The position numbers were made by a program, and so were the translations under genes. Below the pieces are notes generated by a model. The model did not search any database and was not told the DNA's origin. It saw nothing but the letters and a program-made list of their open reading frames with translations. DNA of 64,000 nucleotides. It comes from Ramazzottius varieornatus. Lineage: Eukaryota > Animalia > Tardigrada. Shown here in pieces: positions 1 through 12,783 of the stretch. How positions within the stretch are numbered: the stretch's first letter is position 1; every line of letters begins with the position of its first letter. Where the stretch lies: the NCBI GenBank assembly GCA_001949185.1, contig BDGG01000004.1, positions 1,947,620 to 2,011,619 of the forward strand, given 5' to 3'.

Positions 1-2797
1 AGTTTCTTGGAATCAAGCTGCCGAAAAACAGCTTTGTGCGCGACAGGAGCTTGTCAAAAGTTCGATCCGACCTATTCTTCCGGATGTTCCCATTTCATAT
101 TGGTAAGCCAGGTTTTTACGAAGTTGGAAGACTAGGTGCAGGACATGCCATTATTTACTGAGTATAATTATGATGACCTGTCCTGAAAGTAACCTCCTCG
201 GCTTCACTCTAACCTTGTTAATCACAATGCATGACCGCTGATCCGTTTTGTTTCTTCCAGTTTTTGATAGCGAAATGCTGATTACACATGTCGGGTATGT
301 GGACTGCCGTAATTACTACCGTCCTTTCATTAGTTTTCTTATTGACGAGCTCGAACCTAGCAATCATTTTGCAGATCCGCGCTTTTTGCAGTGAAACCGG
401 GTAAGGGCTGAATGAGGGATCTCCCGCCAAACTGTATCCTGAATTTGCAATGTCTTCACTCCTAAATATTGACCTTTTATTCGCTGCAGATATAATTGGA
501 TATGATATAACGCACGTGAGTGGATATTAGCTGAGCCGGAAGGTTGCATGCACTGATCCGCGGTCTCGCGCTTGCACTTTTTCAGGTATTCGATCTGATC
601 AAGCCGCTCATCAACTTCAGCTGGGATCAGCTGTTGATCCACGGTAAGAATGGCTGTGGGATCCGTATAACGAGGTGCCATCGGCACTGGCGCTTCTTAT
701 TACGCTCCCTTCTTTAGTGAATAACGCCTTTGAGCTGAAAACAATCGATCGAGTACAAAGACGAGGAACCCCTGTGAAAAACAGTCAGGAAAAGGATGAG
801 ATCGATACCGGTGAGTGCGTCTATCTCCATCGCCTTCGCTGTTAACGCTCAACCCAGAGCACGTCAAACTTAAGGCTCGTATTTCTTTAATGGGTCGTCT
901 GATTGAAAAACAGGAAGTAACAGGGTCACATCATCAAATAAGTTTCACGGCTAAGGTCACGGGCCCCTTGCTCGATTACCGAGATATCTGAGCTGTTTCT
1001 CTTTCCAGAGGACGGTAGCTTAGATGCGGACGACAGTGACGACGGTGTTGCGCTTTCACGGAGCGGTGTGCATCTTCAATTAAAAGGAGAAATGAAGCCT
1101 ATCTCAAGCCTAAACTGCTTCTGTTTTTTGGGAACCCTTGTGTTAGTATCTCCTCTGGGTTTCCGCTTTCGCGCTGTTGACTGTAATTTAATGCCTGATT
1201 GAATTTTCAGCATGTCGGATCTTTCTGTTCTCTTCAAGGCAGGACTTTACCTCAACGACCTCAGGTACGCAGTTTCGGTGTATCGTACGCACTCGCTTCA
1301 CCGTGCTGACGCTGCTGAGATATGGATGGATGTAACTGAAAGCCAAATACCTATTTGCAGCATGCACGATTCGAGTCGGGACCTCCTGCTGGCGGGGACC
1401 CAGCAGGTGATCATGAATGGACAACAAGACAATAACAGTGCACGTTGTCCATTGTTATACTCATCACTATTTTCTGGTGGCTTAGTCAGCCGAACTGAAG
1501 CTGGCTCTGGATCAAGAACAGCAAAAAAGCAAAATTCTGGAAGAAAGTATGCAACGGTTGGAGGTGAGTTCTACAGTGGAACCAGACTACTGTATTAGAC
1601 TGTTTGTCAGCATGTACAGTGCGTAGTAAGTGGCACTGTGGCTTTTTCAGGAAGAACGAGAACGAACGGCGGAACTGTTGTATCAAATGATACCTCGAGA
1701 GATCGCAGATAAACTTCGGAATGGAGTCCCGGCTGAAGACACCTGGCAGGTCTTTTCATCCGTCAGCATCCTCTTCAGCGACATGTACCAGTTCGTCAAC
1801 ATCTGCGAGAGTTTGAGTCCTCTGGAAGTGGTGTCGCTGTTGAACGCCATGTACGTCACCTTTGACCAGCGGACGGAACAGCATCATGTTTACAAGGTGA
1901 AACTTCCTGTGCTACCCAAGTGAAATAATTTTTGGCGCCGGGTTGTGGTCTCTTGGTATTCTCAAACTCATCGTGACTTTTCTCGCAAGGTGGAAACGGT
2001 CAATGACAACTACATGATCGTTGCCGGCGCGCCATCTCCAGATCCGCAACATCAAGCTCGTATATGTGATTTCGCTCTGTCGATGATCGAAGGTTGTGAG
2101 TCCGTTGTCCAACCGGCTACTGGTCAACATATCGAAATACGGATTGGTAAATTCTTTTTTTCATCTGACTTCCTGTCTAATCACGTACTTTCTCAAATAC
2201 ACACTGTATTACAGGCATCCACAGCGGGAGTATAGTAGGCGGTATGCGACAAGTCAAGGCTTTTTCCCATAGTTATGACCCGATGTCTAAATGTGCATTC
2301 ACGTTTGATTTCCAGGAGTGGTGGGACTTCGAACACCGCGGTTTTGTTGTAAGTTTTTGTGCGTTGGATTTCTGCACTGAAACATATACGTAAACAACCA
2401 CATGCATTATTTTGTAGTATTCGGGGATCCTGTCAATACAGCTAGCAGAATGATGTCATCGGGAGTGGTCAGTTTTTTTCCGCGTGTTTATTTGGAACTT
2501 GTTCGAGTTTCAATAGAAGTTCAACATACCTGCGGCTTCTGTAAGCTTATCAGTTCGTTATTTTATTGTTTGCTGATTTCCAGCCCATGAAAATCCACAT
2601 CAGTTTCGCCACCGCGGAACACCTTGACCATGAGGTCTACGATATCGAGGAACGAGGCTCGGTCGAAGTGAAGGTACCGAAAAGAACTATATAGAAAGCT
2701 TCCACGTACTGATATAATTACATCAATATTAATTCGATTTTCGTTGTAGGGGAAGGGAACCATGAAGACGTACTGGGTCAATGGCAAAAGATTGTGA
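1..2797 (+). CDS. Atypical soluble guanylyl cyclase (Gyc88E/beta3-like), 5'-truncated by the window edge, multi-exon
   Basis: Spliced exons give HNOBA/PAS FPFHIVFD and LQLKGEM, the coiled coil [37 protein letters not shown] (Gyc88E-like), and a cyclase domain with ILFSD, KVETVNDNY, RFCLFGDPVNTASRM and KGKGTMKTYW. Stop TGA at 2795-2797. Confidence 0.9.
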
Positions 2798-3380
2798 ACA
2801 CAAGGCAAGCCTCATTGTCAAACCCCAGCGGTTCCCACCGTATTTCGACCGTTAACCGAGAAATTTCTCACCGTTCTACGCCCTCGTAATGGTTAATCTG
2901 CAGGAAGCACCAAGACTCGCGACCGAGACGTTCATCAGACTTTTCCTCTAGTCCGTCCTTTACCGCACTCCGCGGTATCAGGTCGAGATGAACGATTTCG
3001 GACAGGTTCCACTTCGGAGATTTTAAGTATCAACGCACGAACATCCGCATACGATTCAAGTTTAGCTGGAAGCCTGGAACTCTACGTCTATGTATCATTC
3101 GTTAATCATTGTTGAAGCTCATAAGACATAATTACTCGCTCATGCAGGAATATATAGAGCAGAACCCTCAGATCTGTAATTCATTCCGGTTTGTTTATTG
3201 TGCCATTGATTAGCCCAGTTGAGAGACTCTAATGCTGGTTCTTCGTTGATGTCTGAGCAAGGCACTCGACGAACTCACCGTTTCATGCATCTATCGTTTG
3301 GCTGGCTGTAGGACTTTGTTTAGTTTGATAAACTTCTGGTAATCAAACAGAAATTCCTTGTAATCCAAGTGAATCCCAAA

Positions 3381-6300
3381 ATGGGACACACGCGTAGTGT
3401 GATCATCTGGTGGACTTCCTTTGTCGTCTTTCTTATTGGTACGTTCTCCCGACGGTACTAGATATTCAAGCAAACGGTTTTTCCTAATTAATCACGCTTT
3501 GATTTTCCCAGGTCTTTCTCTCAGCAGCGCGGACGACGCCACCACCACGACCACCAATACACCAGGTACGTTAATGCAATATTTACGTGAATATTCGTGT
3601 AAATTATATTGCATGAAAATCCTTACAATCGTAGAACCTCCGCTTGACTGGTACGAATGTCCGGATCAATATTCATACCATAACCATCCAGGAAATTGCA
3701 CTCAGTATATAATTTGCGTAAGTCGTTCTACGAATTTATCTGGTCCCAGGCGGTGCTGGTCACCTTGAAACTTTTGGGACTTAACTCCGTCATTCTATTC
3801 TTGTTGTTTAGGTCTTCGGGAAGGCCTATTTGAGGTGGTGTGAAGGCGGACTCAACTGGAATGACCAGCTTAAGGTACACCGTAGTCATTAGCAAACTCA
3901 TCGTCCAGAGTGTGCTGCGTAATCTTGAATTATCTTTTCCTGATATGCCAATTAAGTTCTTCTCCGACTAACCTGTTTCGTAAACAGATCTGCGACTGGC
4001 CGAACAAGAAAACACTGTGTCAGCAGATTGATGCAAGTAAGTTCGGAAGTACAATCTGTTCAAAGCAGGTCCCGGAACTTGCTGTCCAAATATTCCACGA
4101 CCGTTTCGGTTTCAGACACCGCGTACCGTCCAGAGTCTTCACCAGTTATGCCCGCGCCATCTTTCCCCCAACAATCCGAAAGCGAAACGGCCATGTTGAA
4201 CTCGGGCGACCCTAACGAGCTGCCCAAAAGCTTTCAGAACTTCAGTCCCGACGAAGACGCTGCCAGAAATCAGTTGACACAGTATGCTGGCAAACAGGTA
4301 GTGTACCACAACAGGGACTCGAATGGTCCACCGCGGGACGCAGCCGACCCCAGTCTGCAGCAAGATGGCTCTCAACAGTACAGCAAGTATTCGCAACAAA
4401 GCAACCCGCCGCCGCCATCCAAAAACCAGAACAGAGCGGATGGTCTTCAGCCACTTCAGAGTCCAGACATGCAAGCACCTCGCGGCCCACCTCAGAAAAT
4501 GTCCTCGTGGGACACCGGCAACGACGATTACCCGCCTCAACGCCAGCCCGCACCACAACAGCAGCGTGCAGCCCCTCTAAAGATGTCGGGACCTCCAGCG
4601 TCCGATCAACCTGCTGGCGTAGCAGGTGATCGGATAATTATATGGACAGAACATTTCTAGTTATTCATCATGGTCTGATCACGTACAATCCCTCTGCAGG
4701 TAACCCGCCGCCGTGGTTGGCCATGGCCATGCAAAAGAAAATCAAAGCTCCTTCCGCCGAAGAATTTAGGATGAAAGCCAGAGGTCCTCCCAGACAGTCG
4801 GCAGGAGACGATCAGCAGTCGCAAAGTGGACCTAGTGACCAGCGACCCATGCAAGGCATGAGCCGCGGACCACCATCCGACATGGAACAGCAGTCATCCG
4901 GCCGGCCAGAAGCAGCAGCGCCCCCTGATCCGTCACGTGGCGGACCTTCTCCTGATCAGTCGCGAGGTGGACTTCCCTCGGATCAGTCGCGTAGAGTCGC
5001 TCCTCCAAGACCCAACCCGCAACAGCCTCCTCGAGACTCGAGTCCGTACTCGCAATCGCCCCAGTCGGTCAAACCACAACCCTATCCAGGTTCGTTAGTC
5101 TCGTCAGCGATTTTGTGAGTTCCATGAGTTTCTAGATAGAAACTGTTTCATTTTCAGAGTACCCAAGTTCGGATGATCAAAGCCCTCCACCTCGAAGCCG
5201 TAGTCCGCCACCCGCTACGCAGAATTCCGACAGGTACCAGCAAATGTATCAAGGACCCCCAAGGGGGGCAAGTGACAACCAAAGCCCAAAGAAGAACTCA
5301 ACGCCGTCACAAATGAATCGCGGACCACCTCAGAACAGCCAGCAAGGAAGTCGTTCTAGTCCTTTTCAGTCTATGGGTCGCCCATCCGCCAACAATGCCG
5401 ATTCTGACAGCCAGTCACGCCCATCTCAAAACGGTTTCTCAAGACAGCCGTCAGGCCAAAACTCTAACCCATCATTCCCACCACAGTCTAGCCAAGGATC
5501 GAGATCTCAGGACGACGGCAGACCACCTCGACCACCTCCATCTTCCAACTTTGATGACCAGCGACCGCCGTCGAATCAAGGCTTTCCGCAACGAAGGGCA
5601 CCAGCTGGTTCGGATGACGGCGATAGCCCGTCTGGGTCGTTCCGAGGTAACGAATGTAGTCGTTCAAGCTGTCATTGGCTTGATGATTTCACGTATATTC
5701 TTTCTAGGCATGGCGAGAGCGCCACAGGGCGGACCATCCATCCAGCGCGCCCAGTCAACCCAACAGGGAACAGCTTCTGAGAACTTGTGGAACCAGATTC
5801 GCGGCGGCCAGGATAGCTCCAACGACAACCAACAGCAACAACCTCCACCACAAAGTCGCGGTCCTCCGTCAGGCGGCAATGGTCATGAGCGCTCTCAAAA
5901 CTCCGCTGGCAGTCCCTCGCCTATTCGCTCTCCATTTGCCTCCTTCGGGTTCGGAGGGCAGCAAGACACAAAAAAGCCCGGCCCCTCCGACTCCGACGAT
6001 GAGAGTGGTCCAATGCCCAGTAGCTTCATGCAGTCCGGACCACCACAGCCTCAAGGGTTCAACATGCCCAGCATGCAGTCTTCGCGCGGACGGCCTTCCT
6101 CCAGTCGCCCAGCTGACGCTGATAATCCACAGTCCGACAACACTCCGAGCAGAAATGACCAGCAGCAGTCAGCTGGCTTTGCCAATGGTTCTCCCATACA
6201 AGATCAGATAAACCGAATGAGAAGCAGGTTCCCCAGCTCGTCCGATGACGATGGGTCTCAGCCAAGTAACAGACAAGCTTCAAGACAGCAGGGTCCTTCC

Positions 6301-6480
6301 CTCGAAGAAACAGTCAACCGGTGGGGTGGATTCGATGATTCCGACCCAAGCGGAAGCCAACAACAACAGCCTCAACAGCCAAGAACGGGCCCTATACGTT
6401 TGTTTGGGGACGACAACGACCAAAAGCAGTCGTCGGCTCCCAGTGATTATGATGTGCAAAGGTTTTATGTTGGTGTATAA
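3381..6480 (+). CDS. Secreted chitin-binding (CBM14/peritrophin-A) protein with a long P/Q/S/G-rich disordered tail
   Basis: ATG 3381 with signal peptide MGHTRSVIIWWTSFVVFLIGLSLS. Six-Cys domain YECPDQYSYHNHPGNCTQYIICVFGKAYLRWCEGGLNWNDQLKICDWPNKKTLC spans short introns. Low-complexity exons run to TAA 6478-6480. Confidence 0.8.
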
Positions 6481-6907
6481 CTCGAGCCACAAGGACTTCG
6501 CGCAACAGTTTGTTTAGTAAACCTGGTTTTCTATAACCTGAACACATGTCATTTCTCCCGTTCTGGCCAGTCTGTTGAAAGATCTTTACTTTGTGTGAAA
6601 CTAAAAGTCATTTGCAACCGCTTTGGTCATTTGATAGCGGTATGCAGTACTGTACTTTATGTCATGCGTGTCCGCTGTCCAGATCGACGATGTACGACCA
6701 GAAAATTTTCTGTTTTGAAATTAAAGCTTTCACTCAAAATTTATCCCGCACAAGCGTACCAGAAGACTGCAAGAATGAGGGAACTCACTTGAAAGACACG
6801 TGACGTTTGGTGGTCTACTTCGGGCGTACCGATTATTCCCGTGCCTACAGTACATACTCAACCCTGAACCGCCCGAAGCTATACTGACAGTACCGACGGT
6901 GCTGTCA

Positions 6908-7088
6908 TAGGGTTGATGAAGTGAAGGGAATTTCACTCTTCTTCCCCGAAGTTCTAACCGTTCTTCCCCGAACTATCGATCAATCAATCCACTTGTAACC
7001 CATTTGTAATTCACTGATTAATTGATATTTCGGGGAAGAACGTCGGGGAAGAAGAGTGAAATCCTTTCCCTTCATTTCACCAACCCTA
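6908..7088. mobile_element. MITE-like element with ~45-bp terminal inverted repeats
   Basis: Left end TAGGGTTGATGAAGTGAAGGGAATTTCACTCTTCTTCCCCGA matches the reverse complement of the right end, TAGGGTTGGTGAAATGAAGGGAAAGGATTTCACTCTTCTTCCCCGA. TTCTTCCCCGAA is repeated subterminally, the core is AT-rich, and no clear TSD is seen. Confidence 0.7.
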
Positions 7089-7452
7089 AGTACCTTATGT
7101 GAACCACATTGTCCCCCGACTGCAATCAACAACACTGCCATCAACAAAGGGCAGATCATTACAGTTTGCCGTACGCGCGTACTACGCGGATGATACCGAG
7201 TTGCGCACTCGATCAGATTAGAAAATGAATTTCTTCATACTTGGAAAAACTACCCACAAGAAACCGCGGGCGCATAAAGCCTCAACTTTATTAGCTAACA
7301 CGTTACCTCTGCGCGAAGATCCGAAGAACCAGATGCAGCTCTCACCAGAAAAGCGCAACGGTGCTCATGCGTGAAATGTCTAGAGTGACCAGTAAAAAAC
7401 ATTAGTCAAATGAGGCTTCAGAGTACTCTGGTTTCACGGCTGAAGAAAAACA

Positions 7453-10400
7453 ATGGTGTAAATTCTTCGGAGAGCCGTCTGTTGTTCGATCGTCATAAGT
7501 TTTAGCGCTCAAACCATATAGGTCGCAGCTGTCATAGCCGATGCTCTTTTTATTCTCTGTCAAACACCAAATTCATCGCGGGCTACATCCTCAAGTCTGT
7601 TATGGAATTAATACATTTTTGACTTGACGTCGGTCTCTTGCATTGTCCTACCAAGATACTGAGCTCCTAATAATGGTGGGAATAATCTGGAGGAAGGGGA
7701 TCTGCGATATTCTACTTCATTCATACTGCCAAGTGATACTAACCGGTGAGCACAAAGACAACCTTTCACTGTTTCAAGAACGTTCTCCAAATTTATCGTA
7801 GCTCCACAAGCATCTTGTTCTTTTGTCTTTAGCTCTTCTCCTCATCGTTACTCAAACGAGATGTGATTCATTAATCTGCCCGTCAAAATTCGGATACTTT
7901 CCTGATCCGACTGACTGTCAAGGGTAAGTGGGTATTCTGGTTCTTGAATTATAAGCGCACTTCATTTACTCGAACATTGTTTCAGGTACTACATTTGCAC
8001 GTTCGGCACTGCCAAAGTTCGAAAGTGTGGACCAGGGTAAAAGTTCGCCAAATATCTTTGCCCTTCGTTTCGTTTCTGGAAGGAATTATTAGGTCCCCGG
8101 TTTTTGTACAGGCTCCAGTATAAAACGACAACCCAGACCTGTGACGTCGTCAAAGCCAGTTCTGCCGACTGCGAACAAGATGAAGGTAAGTAAGTCAAGC
8201 AGCAGAACACTTGTTGTCTTGAAGATCTTGCACGCACTAATTGTGACGAACCCACCCAGTTCTCGTAATCTCCATGCATAACAGGCCGGGCACTCCGCCC
8301 AAAATACACTGGCCCAACCATGAAAACTGCCGAACCAGCTGCTCCTGCACCAGCAGCTCCATCCAAAGAAATTTCTATGGCTCCTACTTCCGGGTCCTAT
8401 GAATCAGCTCCAACAGATGCTCCCATTGCAACAACCAAGGCTTATCCTATATTCCCGTTCCAGTCTGTGGAAGACAGCCAACCAGCATACCAAGCCAGCA
8501 ACGCCAGAGACGTAAAATTATACCGCAAATTAGTTTGGTCTTTTTTGGGATAACCAAACTGCTTTTAGCCTGCTCAACCGGATGCTGCCGCATCGCAGTA
8601 CCAACAAGGCAATCCATCACAATCGTTGTCCATAACCACTCGCCGTCCGATAATCGACCAATACCTACAAGATCAACAGCAGTCAAATCCGGGAAAAGGC
8701 CTTGCCGCTAAACGCCCATACGACTTCTGGCAGCCTCCTACAACGACCTCCTCCTGGCGGCTCCCCGCCCAAAACTCGGCAAACTATGGCTACAATGCTA
8801 CCCAAGGACCCATTGCCGCCCAGACCAAAGCGAAACCTTTCCGTGATCCATCGGTATTCGGTAACAGACCCACCTTCCGCCCACTGAAAGGGGCTGCCAC
8901 AAGAGCACCTCCGGTGGCGCCACCGCCTCCCCCCGAACAACCTGCGCCTGACCAACAACAGCCAGCTTCTCCCCCATCGGACCCGCAGTACTCAAGGAAC
9001 AGTCAGCCCCAGGATACTTCGACAAACCAACAGTACTCGAGGCCCAGTCAACAACAAAGCACCTCGGCAAAATTCGCCGTGAAACAACCCGACTTGCCGC
9101 TGAGCACCGGAAACAGGTACCAACAACCGGATGCTATAGATCCAGGGAAGTTCCAGTACCCTCAGGACCCGGATAACGTCTCACCGGGAGACTCCAATGG
9201 TCCGGCAAGTAATCCTCGGTTGAACTGGAACACTGATCGGTCGTCCGGACAGTCTACGGACGACAGATGGCAAGCCAACGCGGACAGTCCACCAACAATG
9301 GACAATGCCGCTTCCCAACAAGGAAGTTCGCCTCCGGTGCCGCCATCATCCGGTAGTAAAAGGACAAACGAGCCTAACAGAGCACCACCTCGTGATAAAA
9401 ACTTCGTCGCGGAAAAGATAAACAGAGGATCACCAAGTGGATCAAATGTGGTTATTCCGACAGACACCGCCATGTCGCAGTGTTCAGCAGAGCGATGTCA
9501 GTTGCCCGACTGTTACTGCGGTTCGACGAATATACCTGGTGGTCTTTCGATGGCGGACACTCCGCAAATGATCATACTGAGTTTTGACGCAGGTAAGACG
9601 TACCTTTCAAATTTTGCAAGGCTTTGGAAGAACCATACACCCAAATGCCAATGATTCACTTTTCTCCAGAGATCAACGAGCGAAACCTGCCAATTTACGA
9701 AAGATTATTCCACAAAGATCGAAAGAACCCAAATAACTGCAACATCAAAGCAACGTTCTTCGGTAAAACATTGTGAACTTTTTCGACGATCTTCATCGAA
9801 ATGACTCATTTTCATCATGTTGTTGATTGCAGTCAGTCATGAATACACGGTACGTACAGACTGGCAGAAGCATGGTCTTCCAAATTACGCGTACGTCCAA
9901 GATAACTGTGGTTCTGCAGAACTATGGGATGGTACGATATCTGTACGAGAAAGGTAAAAGGATCACTGTTCGCCATAACCAACAAACTCTCGGTCATGTT
10001 TGAAAAGTTTCTGGCTCCAGGTCACGAAATAGGATCGCACTCAGTGACGTGAGTAAAATGGTCAGGTCTGTTTCGAATATCCTATACTTCATCTGTATGT
10101 TTCATACGAACTCTAGCCATGGAGTGGGCCAAGGTTTCAAGGACGAAAAAGCTTGGGAAACGGAAATGAATGGCCAGAAAGGGTTCTTGGCTTCCTTCGC
10201 CGCCATTCGTCCAGAAGACATCAAAGGAGCTCGAGGTGGGTCCCCCGGTATTTTCATTGCCAGCGACATGATGAGAAATTTCACTGTCTTGCAGCACCCC
10301 TGCTTGGATCGGGAGGAGACGACATGTTTCAAGCTGTAAGACCACAATCGATAAGATTAGAAAATTCAGCAAGAACTGTGGGTAAAATGCGGGGTCTTGA

Positions 10401-11203
10401 CAGCTTCAAGCCGGAGGTTTCCTGTATGATAGTTCTTTGGTGACTCCACCGACCAGCTCGAAAGCTGCGTACTGGCCCTACACCATGGACTACGGCATGC
10501 CACATGCCTGCAACAGTCCTCCTTGTCCCCAACGTGGATACCGAGGTTTCTGGGAACTGGCTCTCAATCCGATATATGGACTGTTCGGGGAAAGCTGTTA
10601 TGAAGCGGATCGATGTACCTTTGGATCAACAGGTAAAGTAACCCGAGATATATTCCACTCCGAAATCTCCTCGGCTTAGTTGATCAAGAAGTACACTTTC
10701 TGTGCAACAGGTGACGAGGTATATAAGCTTCTGTATAACAACTTCAACGACCGCTACTATTCCGTCAACAAGGCTCCCTTCCATTTGGCTCTTCATGCTG
10801 ACTGGTTGAAGTATCCACCACATCGCGAGGTACGACACAAAATGCATCTCCGGTAAGCAGAAAACGTCAGACTGGAAGTTTCCGTAGGCTTACGAGAGGT
10901 TCCTTGACGTGGTGGGAAGCATGCCAGACGTTTACATTGTAACCGGAAGTCAGGTAAAGCAGAGCAAGATAATTGCAACGAGGAACCATTCAATTTCGTA
11001 AATCTGTCCAGGCAATTGCATGGATGCAACGACCAACTCCCCTAAGTCAACTCAGCACATTCGAGCCATGGCAGTGCAATGCCGAAGACAGCAGTCGACT
11101 ACCTCAGTGTGATACAATCAATGCCTGTCCTCTCAACTTCCGGGATCGCCTTCGTTATTTCTACACGTGCAGCGAATGCCCAGCAGAATTTCCCTGGATC
11201 TGA
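7453..11203 (+). CDS. Chitin deacetylase-like protein (signal peptide, CBM14, P/Q/S-rich linker, CE4 domain; CDA5-like architecture)
   Basis: Signal LHKHLVLLSLALLLIVTQTRC starts at acceptor 7802; the ATG at 7453 is tentative. CBM14 CPSKFGYFPDPTDCQGYYIC. CE4 motifs CQLPDCYC, PQMIILSFDA, KATFFVSHEYT, GHEIGSHSVTH, GARAP, YDSS, WPYTMDY and YFYTCSECPAEFPWI*. Confidence 0.88.
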
Positions 11204-11420
11204 GAGAACGTCTGCAATAACCTAGACCGTATGACGTGTAAAATACTGGGGTAAAACATGATGAGTTAAGCGAAATCTGATAGGACCGTTATAAAATTTC
11301 AACAAGAAACAACTCTAGTTAAAGAATAAAAAACATAATAGTTAGTAAAAACGTTCGGGAATCGGGATATTTGCGGCCGATAAAACTTCAAATAGGCAGT
11401 GGAACCATATATTTTTCTTC

Positions 11421-12158
11421 TCATCTCACCGAGCTGGGTTCTGACGAACCCGAATGAACAGCTGCGGTTCCTTGCTGGAGTTGACTATAAAATTCAACTC
11501 AGTGTTCAAACTGAGACCGGAAGCACTTATGCTTTTACCTTCTTACCTTTGTACTTCGTCGTCAATGGATCCAAGTATTCTCAAGCGAGCTTCGTTGTAG
11601 TGTTTTATCCGCTCTTCGTACGTCTTCGTTATAGGAGTACTCACTTTCGTCGGCAGCGTGGCGGAGTTCGGTATAGCTGGTGCAGGATCTCGTTTGAGTA
11701 TTCGGACTTTTCCCGGCTCTGGTGCGGAGGAATCGAGACTCATACTTCTGTAAAACATAACATCATTAACTGGCTGCTGGCGCGAAGACACAACGGCGAT
11801 ACTGGTCAGTAAGCACGCAAGGAACTTCCGAACAGAAGACGGTAGATAGACTATCCACAGTACTGTATAACGACAGCTGATCGCACATACTGGTCAGCGG
11901 GAAGTTGCGAGCCATCTTGCTCGACTGCGGACTTCGGATTCTCTTTCTTTCGGGAAGATTCATTGTGCTTCACTTCCTTGGGCTCAGGTAACTGCAACAT
12001 ATGCCAATGTTATGATCAGACACTTCAAATTCAAATTCTATGCGAGCTGTCGATAAGAGCCTTACCACCACCATATGATCCAGATCTTCTTCTAGCTCCT
12101 CCCATGAATCTCTGACATAGTCCTCTTCCTTCTCATTCTTCTTTCCCGACTTCTGCAT
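11421..12158 (-). CDS. SZRD1: SUZ domain-containing protein 1
   Basis: N-terminal VRDSWEE motif and SUZ domain KVRILKRD...KTYEERIKHYNEARLRILGS. Four exons; the last exon is read as SQLQQGTAAVHSGSSEPSSVR*. Confidence 0.8.
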
Positions 12159-12783
12159 TCTGACGTGAGCAGTATGTTCAGACAAGAGTCACAAGACAGA
12201 TCTCGAACGAGGAACACTAAGAGCAGCTTGCGAAATATTTCGGATCCGCAAGAAGACACATATGGTATCTTACGTAAAGCCTTACGACACTGTGTAGAGA
12301 TATACCATCACATTATTGATACATTACATCACACAGTTTGAGTTCTTCCGACTTCGGAGCGGAAATCTAGCGGGAAGATGCTCAAACAGAAAAACTCAGA
12401 AAACCGGTGCCCGAAGAAACTGTACACGCTTTCCGTTTATAGTCGTAAACCCAAAATGTTCTCCAGACGGTCAAACCACACCTCTAACAGCGGACAGCGT
12501 GTCCTGCACAAGCCGAAAAGCGAAAAATTCAGTGGACAAGGCATGATACAGTACATCAAAGCAGCTCAGCTTCAAAAGAAGATACTTCTTGATTGTTCTT
12601 GAAAGACTAAATCTTGAAATAACAATATCGATTTCCCAAATGTGCAAATATGGGCAACTCCAAGTAGCTTTCTAACAAAAGAGATAAGTAAAACAAGTTC
12701 TTAGTAAAGACCAGTACAAAGATGCATGGATCCGTTCTTGTCTGTTGGAAGCTCCGTCTTTGGCGCATTTAAATCGTCCATTT

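Noticed and set aside
3381-11203. A single fused gene joining both chitin-binding loci
   Set aside because: The first has a stop at 6478-6480 and the second has its own signal peptide and CBM14.
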